The notes below the pieces were generated by a model. It was not told where the DNA came from. It searched no databases and saw only the letters and a program-made list of their open reading frames with translations. From positions 38,876,001 through 38,940,000 of the forward strand of contig OZ249436.1 in assembly GCA_965235115.1 (NCBI GenBank): DNA of 64,000 nucleotides, written 5' to 3'. The first letter of the stretch is position 1. Each line of letters opens with the position of its first letter. Of the stretch, positions 30,232 through 51,792 are shown in pieces. The position numbers and the translations under genes are program-made. This stretch comes from Laetmonice hystrix (Eukaryota).

Positions 30232-30872
30232 AGTGTAGCCGGGGGGGGCGGTTCGAGGGGGTCGGAGGAACCCCCTTTTTGCGGGGCACTATATGTATAA
30301 GATTAACCCATGTCAACTGTTCAAGCTGCTCTATAGGCAGACATTCCAACCCTACATGTGTATACTCGTCTCGGGACTTCACATGTAGACCTATTAAACC
30401 GGCCTCAATTCGCGGGATGGAGCGCTTAGCACTAAAAATAATGATTTCCATCCAGGTCGACCCCCGCCGCCTTGGAACAAAGCTTGCTTCACCCATGGGT
30501 TATAATATTATGTGGCATTGGTAATTCCTGATATAAGGATGGACCAGACAAACTGAACTTCAAATGGACCTCCTAGCGTGATGCCTCGTAATGATGTCAA
30601 CTGTAGTAAAAAAAACTGTTCTTACCTTTCACAATCAACGATGTATGGTGAATGCGTGAGAAATCGCTCCATTTACATGGTGCAGGCTGAACTCCACTGT
30701 ATAATATATAAATATACCATGTATTATAATTTTAATTTATAACATATGACATTCAACGCTCACCATGCTTTGTATGCAGTTTCATAACAACACATTGCAA
30801 GAGAAATCATCCTGTTTTGTTTTTGTTGTTTTTTTACATATACAATGTTAACATTTTATTGGTGGTCAATAT

Positions 30873-30911
30873 AATAAAAATGGGTATGTGTAACTCACCC
30901 AATAGAATAAA
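30873..30911 (+). terminator. Candidate polyadenylation signals of Pitx-A
   Basis: AATAAA at 30873 and 30906 in an AT-rich tract about 1.25 kb past the stop, followed by T-rich TATTTGTTTTT. Confidence 0.35.
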
Positions 30912-32439
30912 AAGAGAGTAGGCTCGAAGATATTTGTTTTTCGTACGCATACGTATGCATGTATAACTGTATACATATACTAGGCATGCGCATTTATGCA
31001 AATTATGTGTCATCAATTATATGAAGACAAATTGGTTTATTAGCGTTCGGGTAAATGAAGACCGATATTATGAAAAATGTTGAAGGAAAATAAATGTCAT
31101 GAAAAACGTACGTTACGTAATGCATTGTATTCGTTTGTCTCTACGCTTTGCAGAGATCTCTTCCATAAAAACAGTAGTCGAAATCAGTGGTCAATATCAT
31201 GAGATAGCAATTCGTGAGTATGATGACAGAGCGCGAGACGGGGGACTGAGGTATTTCCTCGTATTTTGTGTGGACTTGGGATTTAGACATCGTAGCATCT
31301 CTGTCATTAAACGTACATCATTATCATCATAGCCTCATTGTCGCCATCATCGCCATCATCGCCATCATCCGCCTTAAGATGATGACGTGGGGAAACCCAC
31401 CATCGTTTCCTCCCTCCCTCCCCACTCTGTCACTCACCTGGTTACTCAGTGTCCAGCAGAGTGACCGTGTCCATTTCTCAACCATAACGGCCCCCGCTCC
31501 GCCCACCCCCCACCCCCACCCACCCACCCGGCACACCATTTAATCGGTCAACTCTGGTGATCACCATTCCCGCTGATATCATTCACCCTCCCTCTAACAC
31601 AGACTTGGACTCTATCTAATGACAAACGCCACTCGGACAATAGCATATAGAGAGTTACGTCCCGTGAGGGGGTCTGAGTTACGTCCGATACGGCGCGGGT
31701 CACACAACAGTACGCGCGTCCCAACTCGCTGACCAAGTTGTAGAAAACGATAAGATTCTATTAAGTCATGGTGAGCCTGTCGGTGGTGTCGGGGAAAAGT
31801 GACGGGTTGGCCGTGCCCGAGCTGTTTATCTCGTACCAGCCGTGGGGACTTCTTGCTGCTTTAGTGGAGATCGGTTTCAATTACTTGGCTCCCTCCCGCG
31901 AGACATGCCGATCAGCATTGTTGTTACCGTGCAGGCGCCTCGTGACTCACCTACGCGTCCTTGACCCCTGACCTTGACCATGACCTTTAATTTCCTTCCT
32001 GAGTAGATTTACCTATGTACTTGTTAGATGGATCATTATTACTAAGTAGAGTGATTTAAAAGTAAACGATTGACAAAATGTGGTGTTGTCCTACAAAGTC
32101 ATTTTCCTGGCCGAAATATATAGAAACTGCATCATGATGCATTCCAAACCGATTACCAATATTAGGTAACATGGAAATTTAAATCAATGTCATGATTCAT
32201 AGACTCAATTCAAAATTGCTATACATAGGAGACACAGTATATTTCTTTTATTTAATGGAGAATCTTTTCCTTTTCCTGTATTGATCATTTGAGCATCCTA
32301 TATTGATATGCCTCGGGGTAACAAGGGCACCAGTGTATATTAATGGGAGGGGGGGGGGGGGTGACTAATACACTGATATATAGGGGCGCCAATTGAATAC
32401 GTTGTCATTTTCCTTCGTTCAACTCATAACTTTTTTTGA

Positions 32440-32521
32440 AATAAATAATTGAATAATAAAAATAAATAAATAAATAATAAATAGACAAATAAATAAATAA
32501 ATATATAAATAAATAAACAAA
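32440..32521. repeat. (TAAA)n low-complexity tract
   Basis: Direct reading of the sequence. Confidence 0.85.
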
Positions 32522-35500
32522 TATCACGATATTATGTCTATATCAGGCCAAACAGACAAGCATAAATTGCTACACGCACGGAGAGTACATGAGCCACGAG
32601 ACACTTAAATTTAGGGACTATAGGATTAAGCCAATGTTTGTGAAGAAGTTTCTTTCAAGGGCACATTGTTAAGAAGCTTCAGCTTGCTGGATTAATCGAT
32701 GTCGACTGAGGCTTCCCCTTCATATCAAACCAACCAGAACGGAGACCGTGAGCTGCCTGGCCGAACACACTTCACAAGGCACTTAATATCCGGGCATCGC
32801 ATGTTGACGCAACGCGGCGAACTTTATTAGGAGCGCAAATATCGACACGACAGGCGGCGCTGTGCAGAGAAGCCAAAAACATCAGCTAGAATGCGTTGTT
32901 GATAAGATAGCACGGTCGATCGTTACCGGCCCATTACCGAGCTAACCTTAATTTGAAATAAAATACCAATGTCAGGAGGAGGACTTGAGATTAGGAACAT
33001 GAATTACGATAGGTCTGATAAGAGGGCGGGAGAAGATGCGACGTTATGAGACCGTCCCCGAGTACATCACGTCGCCGTCAGCGATGACGCCACGTCGCTG
33101 TCGACGTGCCAGGCCCTTATCAACACGGCTGAGATTGTTGGGGATTTCAACTGATCTTCTAAAACTCAACGGGATTAAAGATGTAAAAACGCTGGCTAAT
33201 ATTGTATTTTCCCATGTTGAAAAAGCAGCGATAGAAGTGGCAGGATAAAGGCGGGCTGTTGACAGACGAGCAGTTTACTGCTGCTTACAGTGAGCAGCTC
33301 CTCGTCTAGTGTGTGCCTGTCGTTGAGAGACTTCTACTTGCATGACAACACAGCAATCACAGTCAACCCCAGCGGGGATCCGCACTTTATACCATCAGAG
33401 CTGTGTTCTTTACTTCTAAAGATTATAATATATTTATACATGTACAAAACAGAAACTATACGCGCGTTTATCCTTATATACATACAGCTAGGGATCTACA
33501 TATGGGTAACAGGTATATATAGATCCTCCGGTATAGGACGGTATAATTGAATAGAACTGTCGATGTCAGTCATTGAACTCCCAAAGGTATGTTGGCCTAA
33601 TGGATGGGTTTAAAGGTATTACTCTATACTCAACCGATAGACCAATCCACATGGCGTGAGTGCAGTTACCTGTAAATTAGACTAATCCCCCATAAGTGCA
33701 CCCTATATATGACTTTGACATAAAGCTAATCTATACAGTAACTGTTCTTTTTGTTGTATGAAAAAACGAGTTAACTATAGCTGCACAATACAGGAACTTA
33801 AATACGCACTACTAAATTAAAGCAATGCATCTGCAGGATATAGGGTTTGTTATGCAGCCAAGATGCATGTTGGCCGGGTTAAGAAAGGTGGTAATTAGTT
33901 GATTTTAGCTGGGGGCTGTGCCTTCGATCAGCAGCCAGTCTTTGTGCTGTACATTTGTCACTGAGCCGGGAGTTACCTTCAAACCGGAAGTTAAATAGTA
34001 GGCCTATGCTATCATCGCCACACATAGTAGTACTTATAAGTATATCATTATGCCTTTATTATGGATGCGCAAAATTCTTCCTGCAAACTTCTCAGAAGTA
34101 TGTCCCCATTATAGCCTACATGCCCTTCTCTGAACCCTTTTCTATAGCAGACTGCCCTGCACTTTCGTCTCGAACGTTCGTTCAAACGCTCCCGTTCACT
34201 GACTCCTTTCGAGCGCTCAGAAACTCGACGATAGTCTAAATTATTAGGCAATTACACAACAAAAATTACTTTTTATGCTTCAAACACCCCATGTTACGGC
34301 TTTCAGATTCCCTGAAAGAGACGTCTAAATGCACTGATGTCGTAACTGGCTCGTTCAGTCTATTGAATTAGGCTGTCATCGCCAGCGATGCTCGATTTGG
34401 TTCGCATAAGTTAGGGTAGAGGACACTAAACGCGTCAATAGAGGACCTTTCAACGCCACATAATAGGCGCACTGATTTAACGTTGACCCGGCCGCCGGGT
34501 AGGACGGTCACTTGATCTCAGTGCTCGGCGATGCGAATATTAGCGTGAAGGCGAGCCGATTCTTCGTCTGCTGGAACGGTTCCCCGCGGGTTTTGGCGCG
34601 CGACGTTTGGCTGACGTTTTGGTGGAGGCGTGAGTGGAGACAGATGAGACTATCAACGATTCATAGCGGCCGCGTGCCGGACGTCGCGCGCACACCAACC
34701 GGAACCCCAGACGCACGTATCCAGGGGCTGCCTCAATTTCATGTTCCACCGGGCAACTGAAGGGCCCACCACATGGCCATGGTTTCGTCGTTCTTTGACA
34801 AAGACGTACACTTTGTAATAGACTCATTGGACGCACAACGTGACGCTGTGGGCAAAGAGGGAGAAAATAAATCCATAATATCGATATACTTCGGATATCT
34901 GGTCCTCCTTACTCCCATGTATATATAGAGGCGAGTTAATGAACAGTTTTACACAAAAAGTGAGAGTTACACATGAGGATAGCCTTGGAAAAAACGGAGA
35001 AAGAAAAGAAGGGAGATGGAGTGTATGGTAGTGAAACCCTGTATAGACAAAGAAGAAAGAAACTCGGGTCGGGAGAAGGCACGTCGGGAATCATTCAAAA
35101 TCTGATATTTTAGTATTTTGTGGACATCTTTCGCTGCCCAGTTCTATTTTAAATCATGTCCGAAAACTTGTGGTTACTCCGCCCCTTCGCATATATACGC
35201 TCATAGCTTATCGCTACATAATAAATTTGCTCATGGATGTTAGGGGTGTCGACATTTTACGTATTCGAGAACCTCCAAATGTTTCAGGCAGTTCCACTCG
35301 TGAATTTGTTATATCGTTGACAGCTCATCTTGTTCACGACCAACAAAATCTCAAAACAGTCATATTCAGATGATGACGATGCGAGCCCATGCAACATAAG
35401 CTTAGCTATCTCACAGAACATTATTCTACAGTAAACGCACCCTCCCTCCCTCCCCTCCGCTGGGTCCTTCCATATTACAGCATTACCGCCGCAGGTTTAT

Positions 35501-37432
35501 TGCCAACGGGCTGCACCAGGCGGCGCCACAGTCGCCGCAGGGTCCTGACTGTTCACCAGACATGCGTTATTGTAAATCCCTGGCCTTCGAGACTGTTGAT
35601 TTGATGCAGTAACTCGGGACCAACTGGACATCAAGAAATCTTCCACGGATGTCACTTCCATCTTCGAGAATGGGGTTTAGAAATTCTCGATTTAATTAAA
35701 TCCCCCGGGAGAACCCAGTGTAGCCTACTCAGTGTACAGTCGAGACCATGATATATTCTTATTCCTATAGTGTGGAAGGTTTCAGAGATCTGAGGGGCAA
35801 GAGTATACTGTAGAACAATAGCCTACAATAATAGATTTACAGTATATAAAAACATTGGTATTAAAATCTTTAGAAGTTTAGTAAAACAATGTCACTTACA
35901 ATAAAACTATAACATAAGTATAGACCTTCCTATCTCGTCAGTTGATGGAGTATAGTTTGTGCTTAATTATACACTCACCTTAATTAGAAGATGAACCTAA
36001 TAAACACAAGAGAATAAGTAATTATAACTACTTCAATCTATCGCTCTCATTTCTTACGTTTATCAGTTGTCGCATAATATTTGCTTAACAAACTTTCAAT
36101 CTTTTTTATCCATTGTCGGTTTTCGTCCAAATTTTATCGGAATTTTATAGGTTGCCGTCTTTGAAGGAAATCCGCGGCTACGCAATAATTGGATTAAGCT
36201 GCGAAGATAAGACACTCTCCGGTGCTGTTTGAGTGCTGCATTAAAGCGTAACTCAGGGTAACATGTTCTCGCAGAGAATGGAGAGACCTCAGACAGAAGG
36301 GTCGTAATTGGTTTAATGGGAGTTATTTGTGGCTTCTTTCAATTTACTCTGGTTCTTCCACTGACTCGGAGGACCAATGGACCAGCAAGGACAGGCAATG
36401 ATGTTTGTGCAGCTCCATGTCTCATAGTGAGCAATTAGAAACGTTCAGAGGGGGTGGGGGTGGGGGGTGGGTGGGGGTGGGGGTAGGAGGGGCTGTAAAA
36501 CTATGGCACCCATGAGTTGTTCTATACTGGGACTTTGGGACCGTGCAGGATTCCTTGCTAAGTGTCGGTCGCTGATCAGGCGCCATTTTTGAAATGCAGA
36601 CTAAAAAGGCAATAAAACGAATTTAAAAAATAAGAAAGAAGTCCCTCTCTTTCCTTCTATAACTTTCATATATTATTGTATAGCTTTAGATAATACATAT
36701 TGGGCCTATACGCGTGTATATATATATACACATGTATCACTATATTTATATGTTTTTAGGCATATTATCAATAAAGTCTTTGGTAAGGACATCATTTAAC
36801 TCTTAGGTTAAGCTGCCATCCACTTAAACACGTACACGTGCGTGATAAGATGCAGAGTACCAGCAAACTTTTACTTTCACAGCATGAGAGATGGTAAAGT
36901 AAATATGGTGAATTCTGTTTTAGAAATGTTATGTCTATGGGCCGGATAAACCGGGGATAAGTCCGCGTAAATCGGATTCAAATTCGTCAACACGGCCGCG
37001 GCCGGGCTGTGACAAGGCCTGGGTTTCTGCGGACATTTTGCGGGGCACTGTTTTGTATCGGGGGTGGCAGCTACTGGATTCCGGGCACAGCTAAAACTAA
37101 GAATGTGTCTGCCTGGGGGATTACGACGGATACAGACACAACTTCAAACTTGTGCTATCTTAATCCGCCCGCGTCCTGGACACACGCTCTGGTTTTTAAC
37201 ACTTTCCAGGTCAACCGTATAGAACCCGTATAGGCCGGTAGATTTAGTGGCAAACTCCCCCGTTTTACCCCGCCTTAGAAGGGGTGATGACGGTAGGCCA
37301 ACTGTCAAAGAAAAGCGTGACGGAGCAAATTAATTCAGTAGCGGCGTAATTTATGCGGCTAACACTCCGTGCAATGCTTGTTAAGTCGGCGCGCACTGCA
37401 TTGTGGGAACCCTGGTCTTAGAAAATGACGAG

Positions 37433-37618
37433 TGACGTCATGGACAGTGCATGCTCAAAAGGGACTGAGGGGGCCACCAGGGCGGCGTTAGCAGATTGAT
37501 GCGTGCTCGATCCATGGCTTAAAGGCGGCTGCAAACAATATCTTGTGGCAAGAACGGCAAAGCGTCGCGTTGAGCAGTGTCGCGAATGTTGGCAAGCAAG
37601 GCGACCATAATCCACGTG
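37433..37618 (+). promoter_or_regulatory. Putative Pitx-B proximal promoter motifs
   Basis: Full CRE TGACGTCA at 37433-37440, and TAATCC overlapping E-box CACGTG at 37608-37618, in a CpG-rich stretch upstream of the ATG. Confidence 0.35.
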
Positions 37619-37900
37619 TAAAGCCATCGATCGATGCTTCGGGCCGAGCGGCGACGATAGCACGGAGAGAGAGAGAGGACGCCCAATACGACTGGCCGGA
37701 CTCCCAGCAGCTGACAGCCGACCGACACCGACGGGTACGACATCCAGACCCGCGTGACAGCCGCACGCACACACCCCGTTCACAACCCCACACCCACTCG
37801 GAGAGATCGACACGTATAGGGACGGGCGGACGACACCCTGTAATATTATACAAACTCGCACGTATATACAATCTTGTGAGCGGGTAACCACAGTTGATAG

Positions 37901-46875
<8,975 letters not shown>

Positions 46876-47701
46876 TCGCCGGGTACATTGACGACGTCGT
46901 ACACCGCCGCGGAGCACGGAGACGATGGCCCCGCTGGGCCGGGCCGGTCGGATCCCGCCACCGCCGCCGCCGCCGGCCGGGTACCGCCGGCCCCTGTGGT
47001 ATAAACCCCCGTCCGTGCCGATCGCACCAGTCAGCGCGGCCTGCCTGCGTGTCGGGGGTTGGGGACTTCAGGCACGGGACTCGGTGCTCACTCGTTATCG
47101 CCAGTATAGGCCTATCCTTGGGACCAATGGTAAAGACTAAAACCTTCTGATAGCGTGGACCAAGGTTCGTGCCCTCTGTGTTAATAATACAACTCAAAGT
47201 TTCTATACTTTAGCGCTGTCCACACGCGCCACAAACATTTTGCACGTGTTCGCACAGACAACCGATTTTTGTTGTTGGACGCACAAGGCCGAAATGACCA
47301 TTGAACTTGGGATCTGGACTATGGCATCGGAAGTGTTAGCACAGATATCTGCTCTTTATTGAGAAGAGACTCAATCTATATTATAAGATGATATAGTTTA
47401 GTCGTTAGAGCCGCCAAGGCTGACGAGTGGAACCTAAAATTAAGATCCTTTCGTCAAAAATGTTTAAAAGACACTGATGTGCCAATGATGCGGGCTTTAG
47501 TTCAACTGTAACGCATTTACACATAAAAGAAGAAGCCTGTTTTCTCCTTTGGAGAAGTGATGGTATATAGGGAATTATATTGTATGATGGTATATATACA
47601 ATTATTATAGACGTATTTAAAAACAATTTTCTGTTGTATACTGTCTAGCTATTTGTAAAGGTGAACAGTTACACTGATGAAATGAATTATGTAAATATAT
47701 A

Positions 47702-47707
47702 AATAAA
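47702..47707 (+). terminator. Probable polyadenylation signal of Pitx-B
   Basis: AATAAA about 830 nt after the stop, followed by a GT/T-rich stretch (CTTTGTTCGGGTGTTT). A Pumilio-type TGTAAATA lies at 47690-47697. Confidence 0.55.
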
Positions 47708-47747
47708 GCTTAACTTAACATAAACTTTGTTCGGGTGTTTACTCTAA

Positions 47748-47751
<4 letters not shown>

Positions 47752-47799
<48 letters not shown>

Positions 47800-47840
47800 A
47801 GGGAGAGAGAGAAACAGAGACAGACAGAGACAGACAGAGA
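47752..47840. repeat. (GA)n/(GACA)n microsatellite
   Basis: Direct reading of the sequence. Confidence 0.95.
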
Positions 47841-50764
47841 AATAACCGTTATTATATGCGTCCCCAATCCCTTCATGTCTGTCGAATATACCATACAAAC
47901 CATAGTCGCAATATCCCCAGACCTGGATCTATGGTGATAATTTATACCTCAACGTTTGAAAACCTAATCTTAAAAAAGAGAGAACGACCTATCGCCTCAT
48001 TCACAGCCCCATTTGACGGGTTCTTGATTTGTTTTACTCACCGGGCTAGTTTTGGAACAAGACTGTATTGGGTGGGCATAAAAAACGTGTCGAACTTTGA
48101 CGTTTTTGAGAAATTATAGGAGTAACCGCATCTTGATATTTTTAACATCTGTTGAAATTTTTAAATTGATATCTCAAATAGTCCTTATATGAGACCAAAA
48201 TAATTTGACCACCTGTTCGAGTAAAACGAGGTATAGGACGTTATTCTGGAACAGCAATTTTTGAGACACAATTTTAATTTTGGCCTCATGTAAGGACTTG
48301 AGATATTAAGAACTTGGAGGTGTTTACTGTTACAGTTCGACAAGTTTATTATATGCCCACCCGATATGTATTAACTAAACCTCCAGACTTATCGAGATAA
48401 CTCTATAATAATCTCCGTATATATCAGTCATTCCATGCATGGTGTATAGTTTTCGTAATGTTCAGGGTCATCATTTCAATTTTTTTATTGCATGCCATGG
48501 CAGAACGAGTCTAATCTTAATTGATTTCATAATTTAGTTTAGAACGGCCTATATATTGATAATATATATGCGTCCAAGCCTATCCAAAACCAAGACATGT
48601 AAGCCTATACAAGCTACAATACCCCTAAAGAAATTAGTCTTTGGCTTTGGCCTGCACGGCGATGCTGTCCGATATATGAGTCACTAATTAGATACCAGAA
48701 GATAGAGAATGTTCATGCGGCAATATATAGGTCTGACACATTCCATATAGACATTTTATTTCTGTTTGAACACCCACAGTCGAGATGTGGAAGCGGCGTC
48801 GTTCACACACTGAACGCGAACCTAAAAAACTCTCACTAATAACTGAGACTTGTCGTTACCCAACCACTGCACCTAGAGTTCCCATCATTTCTCCATACAC
48901 ATTTCTGTAAGACAACCGATTCGTGTTTCTCTCCTGCCTCCCATGTCGGTTCGACAGCTTGGGAGGAGCATTACTTGGGAACTAGTCTATTACTCTTTAA
49001 TCCGGCGGGATTGCAGATATCGGTACCGGAAACAAGTGGAAGTAGAGATAAGGCCCGGATGACATGGTAATTGTATAAACGAGGCTTTAACGGGCAGATC
49101 ATGCCCCGCGAGAATACGCGAGACTACCATCGTATACCAGAAACATTTGGCATAATAATAAGCATGCTAATATTAAACTGCATGTTTATGTATATGGTCA
49201 ATATAGGTCTAATATCATCTATATTATCTCTCTGTTTCATTTAAGGGTATGAAATGGTATGAAACTAAAACTAAAGCAGCTTTGATAGTGTTTCACCCAC
49301 TCTTTGCATCATTTTTCGAATCTCTTACATTAAGCCTAATTTCCCCTTACACAAAGGGGTGTCCTTCACTAGACCTATCATATTTCACATCTATCATATT
49401 TTGGGAACACCCTGTATTTCACAGTGCAAAGATACTTGACTTAACGATGCATAGCTACAGGCCTATACATTTCCTATATGAACAATAACGGAAGGCCTAA
49501 TCAAATTTTACATTTTGTTAAAGTATTGAATTATGGGCCAAGCCTGTGAAGACAGGGACCAACGGCAGTCGAGGGGGTACATGATGACGCAACATTAGAC
49601 AAGTCTCGGTGGTATCTAAACCTGCCAACTGAGCCTTATGAAGTCTATGTATAGGTTAGGGACCTATATGTATCAATCATATGGCATTATTATAAACTGG
49701 CAGTCTGTATGGACAGTGTGAGACAATAAATCACAATGACTGGTCTGTTTTAGAAATGCGACAATCTATAGATAGGCTATACTGTACTTATAATTGTTTT
49801 TGAAAGTCCAAAAAATGGTATAGCCTATACTGATTTGTTTTTCTACAAGTCGATGCCGTTTCAAAGAGAAATTGGCATGCACGTATTTTGTGCCCCCTCC
49901 CCCACTCTCTCTCTCTCTCTCTCAGTCACTCGTCAGTGAGTACAGGTTTTGCGTGCAGGGCACGTCCATGCACGTCCCATATTATTTTCCTCTCACTCAT
50001 GCATGCATCATGCAGTTTGGCGCATGCAAGGTGTCAGAGAGGTTATTGACCCCCAATGAAGAAGTCAGCCACAGGTCAAGTCATTGGGATGGAACTGTGA
50101 ACTAAGGCAATCCTAGTGAAACCTGGCCAGATGACTCCCGAATAATAAGTTCAGACTTTTGTTATTGCTCATTGAATCCACCAGGCCATTATAAATTTAT
50201 TATACGAAACTGTAACCGTTTAAAGCGGCATATTATGATGAAAGGTGAAAAATCTTTATTTCAAAGAACTTTTGCTGTTTTCATAAAGAGATCCTTCATT
50301 AAAATTGCTTAGTAAACAAAGACAGACTTATCAGTTTCATTTTGCGTGAGAAATCGAAGTTTATGAAGCTTCCTTGCCCGTTTCTCTGCCGATTTCGTAA
50401 AATATTTTTGGGTGGCATTCTGATGCCGGACGATCGAGTGCATAGAGCCTATAGAACCTACTTATATGCTGCATACGCAGCGAAAACACGTCGGAGGACA
50501 AAATGCTGCGGTCGGATTATTTACTTAGATCCCTAGTACACGGTCATGTTGGATAATTGCCGGAAATCCTCCAAAACGTGTTCCATAGCATGCCCCTTTA
50601 AAAATCAACGTCATAATCATAATATAGGTCTTACTGCATTCGATGCCAAATATGGGCTGAAAACTTGACCTGCGCTCTACCACATTGGACCAATATACAC
50701 TCATCTACCTTTATCATAATTAAATAATCATCCAACCATTTTAGAGGGCGGGTGGGTGAGCAAT

Positions 50765-50990
50765 TGGAGGTTTTACGCCCTGCCGACAATATTTCTGTAA
50801 CTATTTAATTCAGTCAAGGAACCTATTTTACCCCACGAGTCCCAGGGGGTGGGTGCTGATGAGGATGAAATGAGAAAGAAACCTGCCACCGGGAAGTCAT
50901 CTCCTACTCTTTTCGAAAAATTTCCCAGTCGCACAGACACGGCTGGACATATCCAACACCTTTGATCACCCAGTTACGGAGCACTGGGGA
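50765..50990 (-). mobile_element. SINE-like fragment resembling Nin/Deu-domain SINEs
   Basis: CTCCTACTCTTTTCGAAAA and CACAGACACGGCTGGACATATCCAACACCTTTGATCACCCAGTTACGGAGCACTGG resemble, from memory, the reverse complement of the Nin/Deu central domain. Not verified by search. Confidence 0.5.
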
Positions 50991-51248
50991 GGGTTATTGT
51001 GAGAAAAATGGTAAAAATGGAGAAAAATAGTGAGAAAAGGATGGAAATCCATTTGTGCCACGCAGATGAATTTGAGCTGAGGATCATTCTTATACCCCAC
51101 TGGTCCTCAAAGGGGATTTTAGAAGGCACAGACATCCTAAGAAAGAAAGTCCTGCGTGATATCTTAATTGCAACGGTCAAACTATAAAAGCTTAATTTCA
51201 TCAGTCCTCCTTCACAAAACAAAATCCTTCTCCACGGGTATCATGGTT

Positions 51249-51433
51249 TGATAATCCATGTGATAGTGCTACCTGGAGATTGGACCTGGTCCAGGAATGA
51301 CCAGGGATGACCTTACATGTGGAGATCGCAGTGATATCATGGTGATAATCCATGTGATAGTGCTACCTGGAGATTGGACCTGGTCCAGGAATGACCAGGG
51401 ATGACCTTACATGTGGAGATCGCAGTGATATCA
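51249..51433. repeat. Tandem duplication, period 94 bp, 2 copies
   Basis: TGATAATCCATGTGATAGTGCTACC...GCAGTGATATCA at 51249 and 51343. Confidence 0.95.
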
Positions 51434-51792
51434 GGAAACTTTTGAACAAGTTCAAAATTCTCACGATGTTTCTAAAATCGAAATGACATCGGGGTAACAT
51501 GGAGGGATATCGGGACATATATTAGATGGTGATACATCGGGAAACAGGGCAACATCGGACAACAATTTCGCAGTGGGAACACCCTAGCTACGCCAGCTTC
51601 CGGTTCTTTTGGACGACATCGGGGTGACATTGGGGTGACATTGGGGTGACATTGGGGTGACATCGGGGTAACATCGCGGGGGGACATCGGGGGGACATCG
51701 GGGGGACATCGGGGTAACATCGGGGGGGGGGGGGGGTCGGCACACCACATCGGGACACATCTGTTTGTCATCGGCTATGTGTGAACGGGCCT
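51434..51792. mobile_element. Right half of a Harbinger-like foldback element with an internal 11-bp repeat array
   Basis: Starts at the palindrome TTTTGAACAAGTTCAAAA, contains (GACATCGGGGT)n, and ends GTGTGAACGGGCCT followed by TAA. No matching left TIR was found. Confidence 0.6.
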
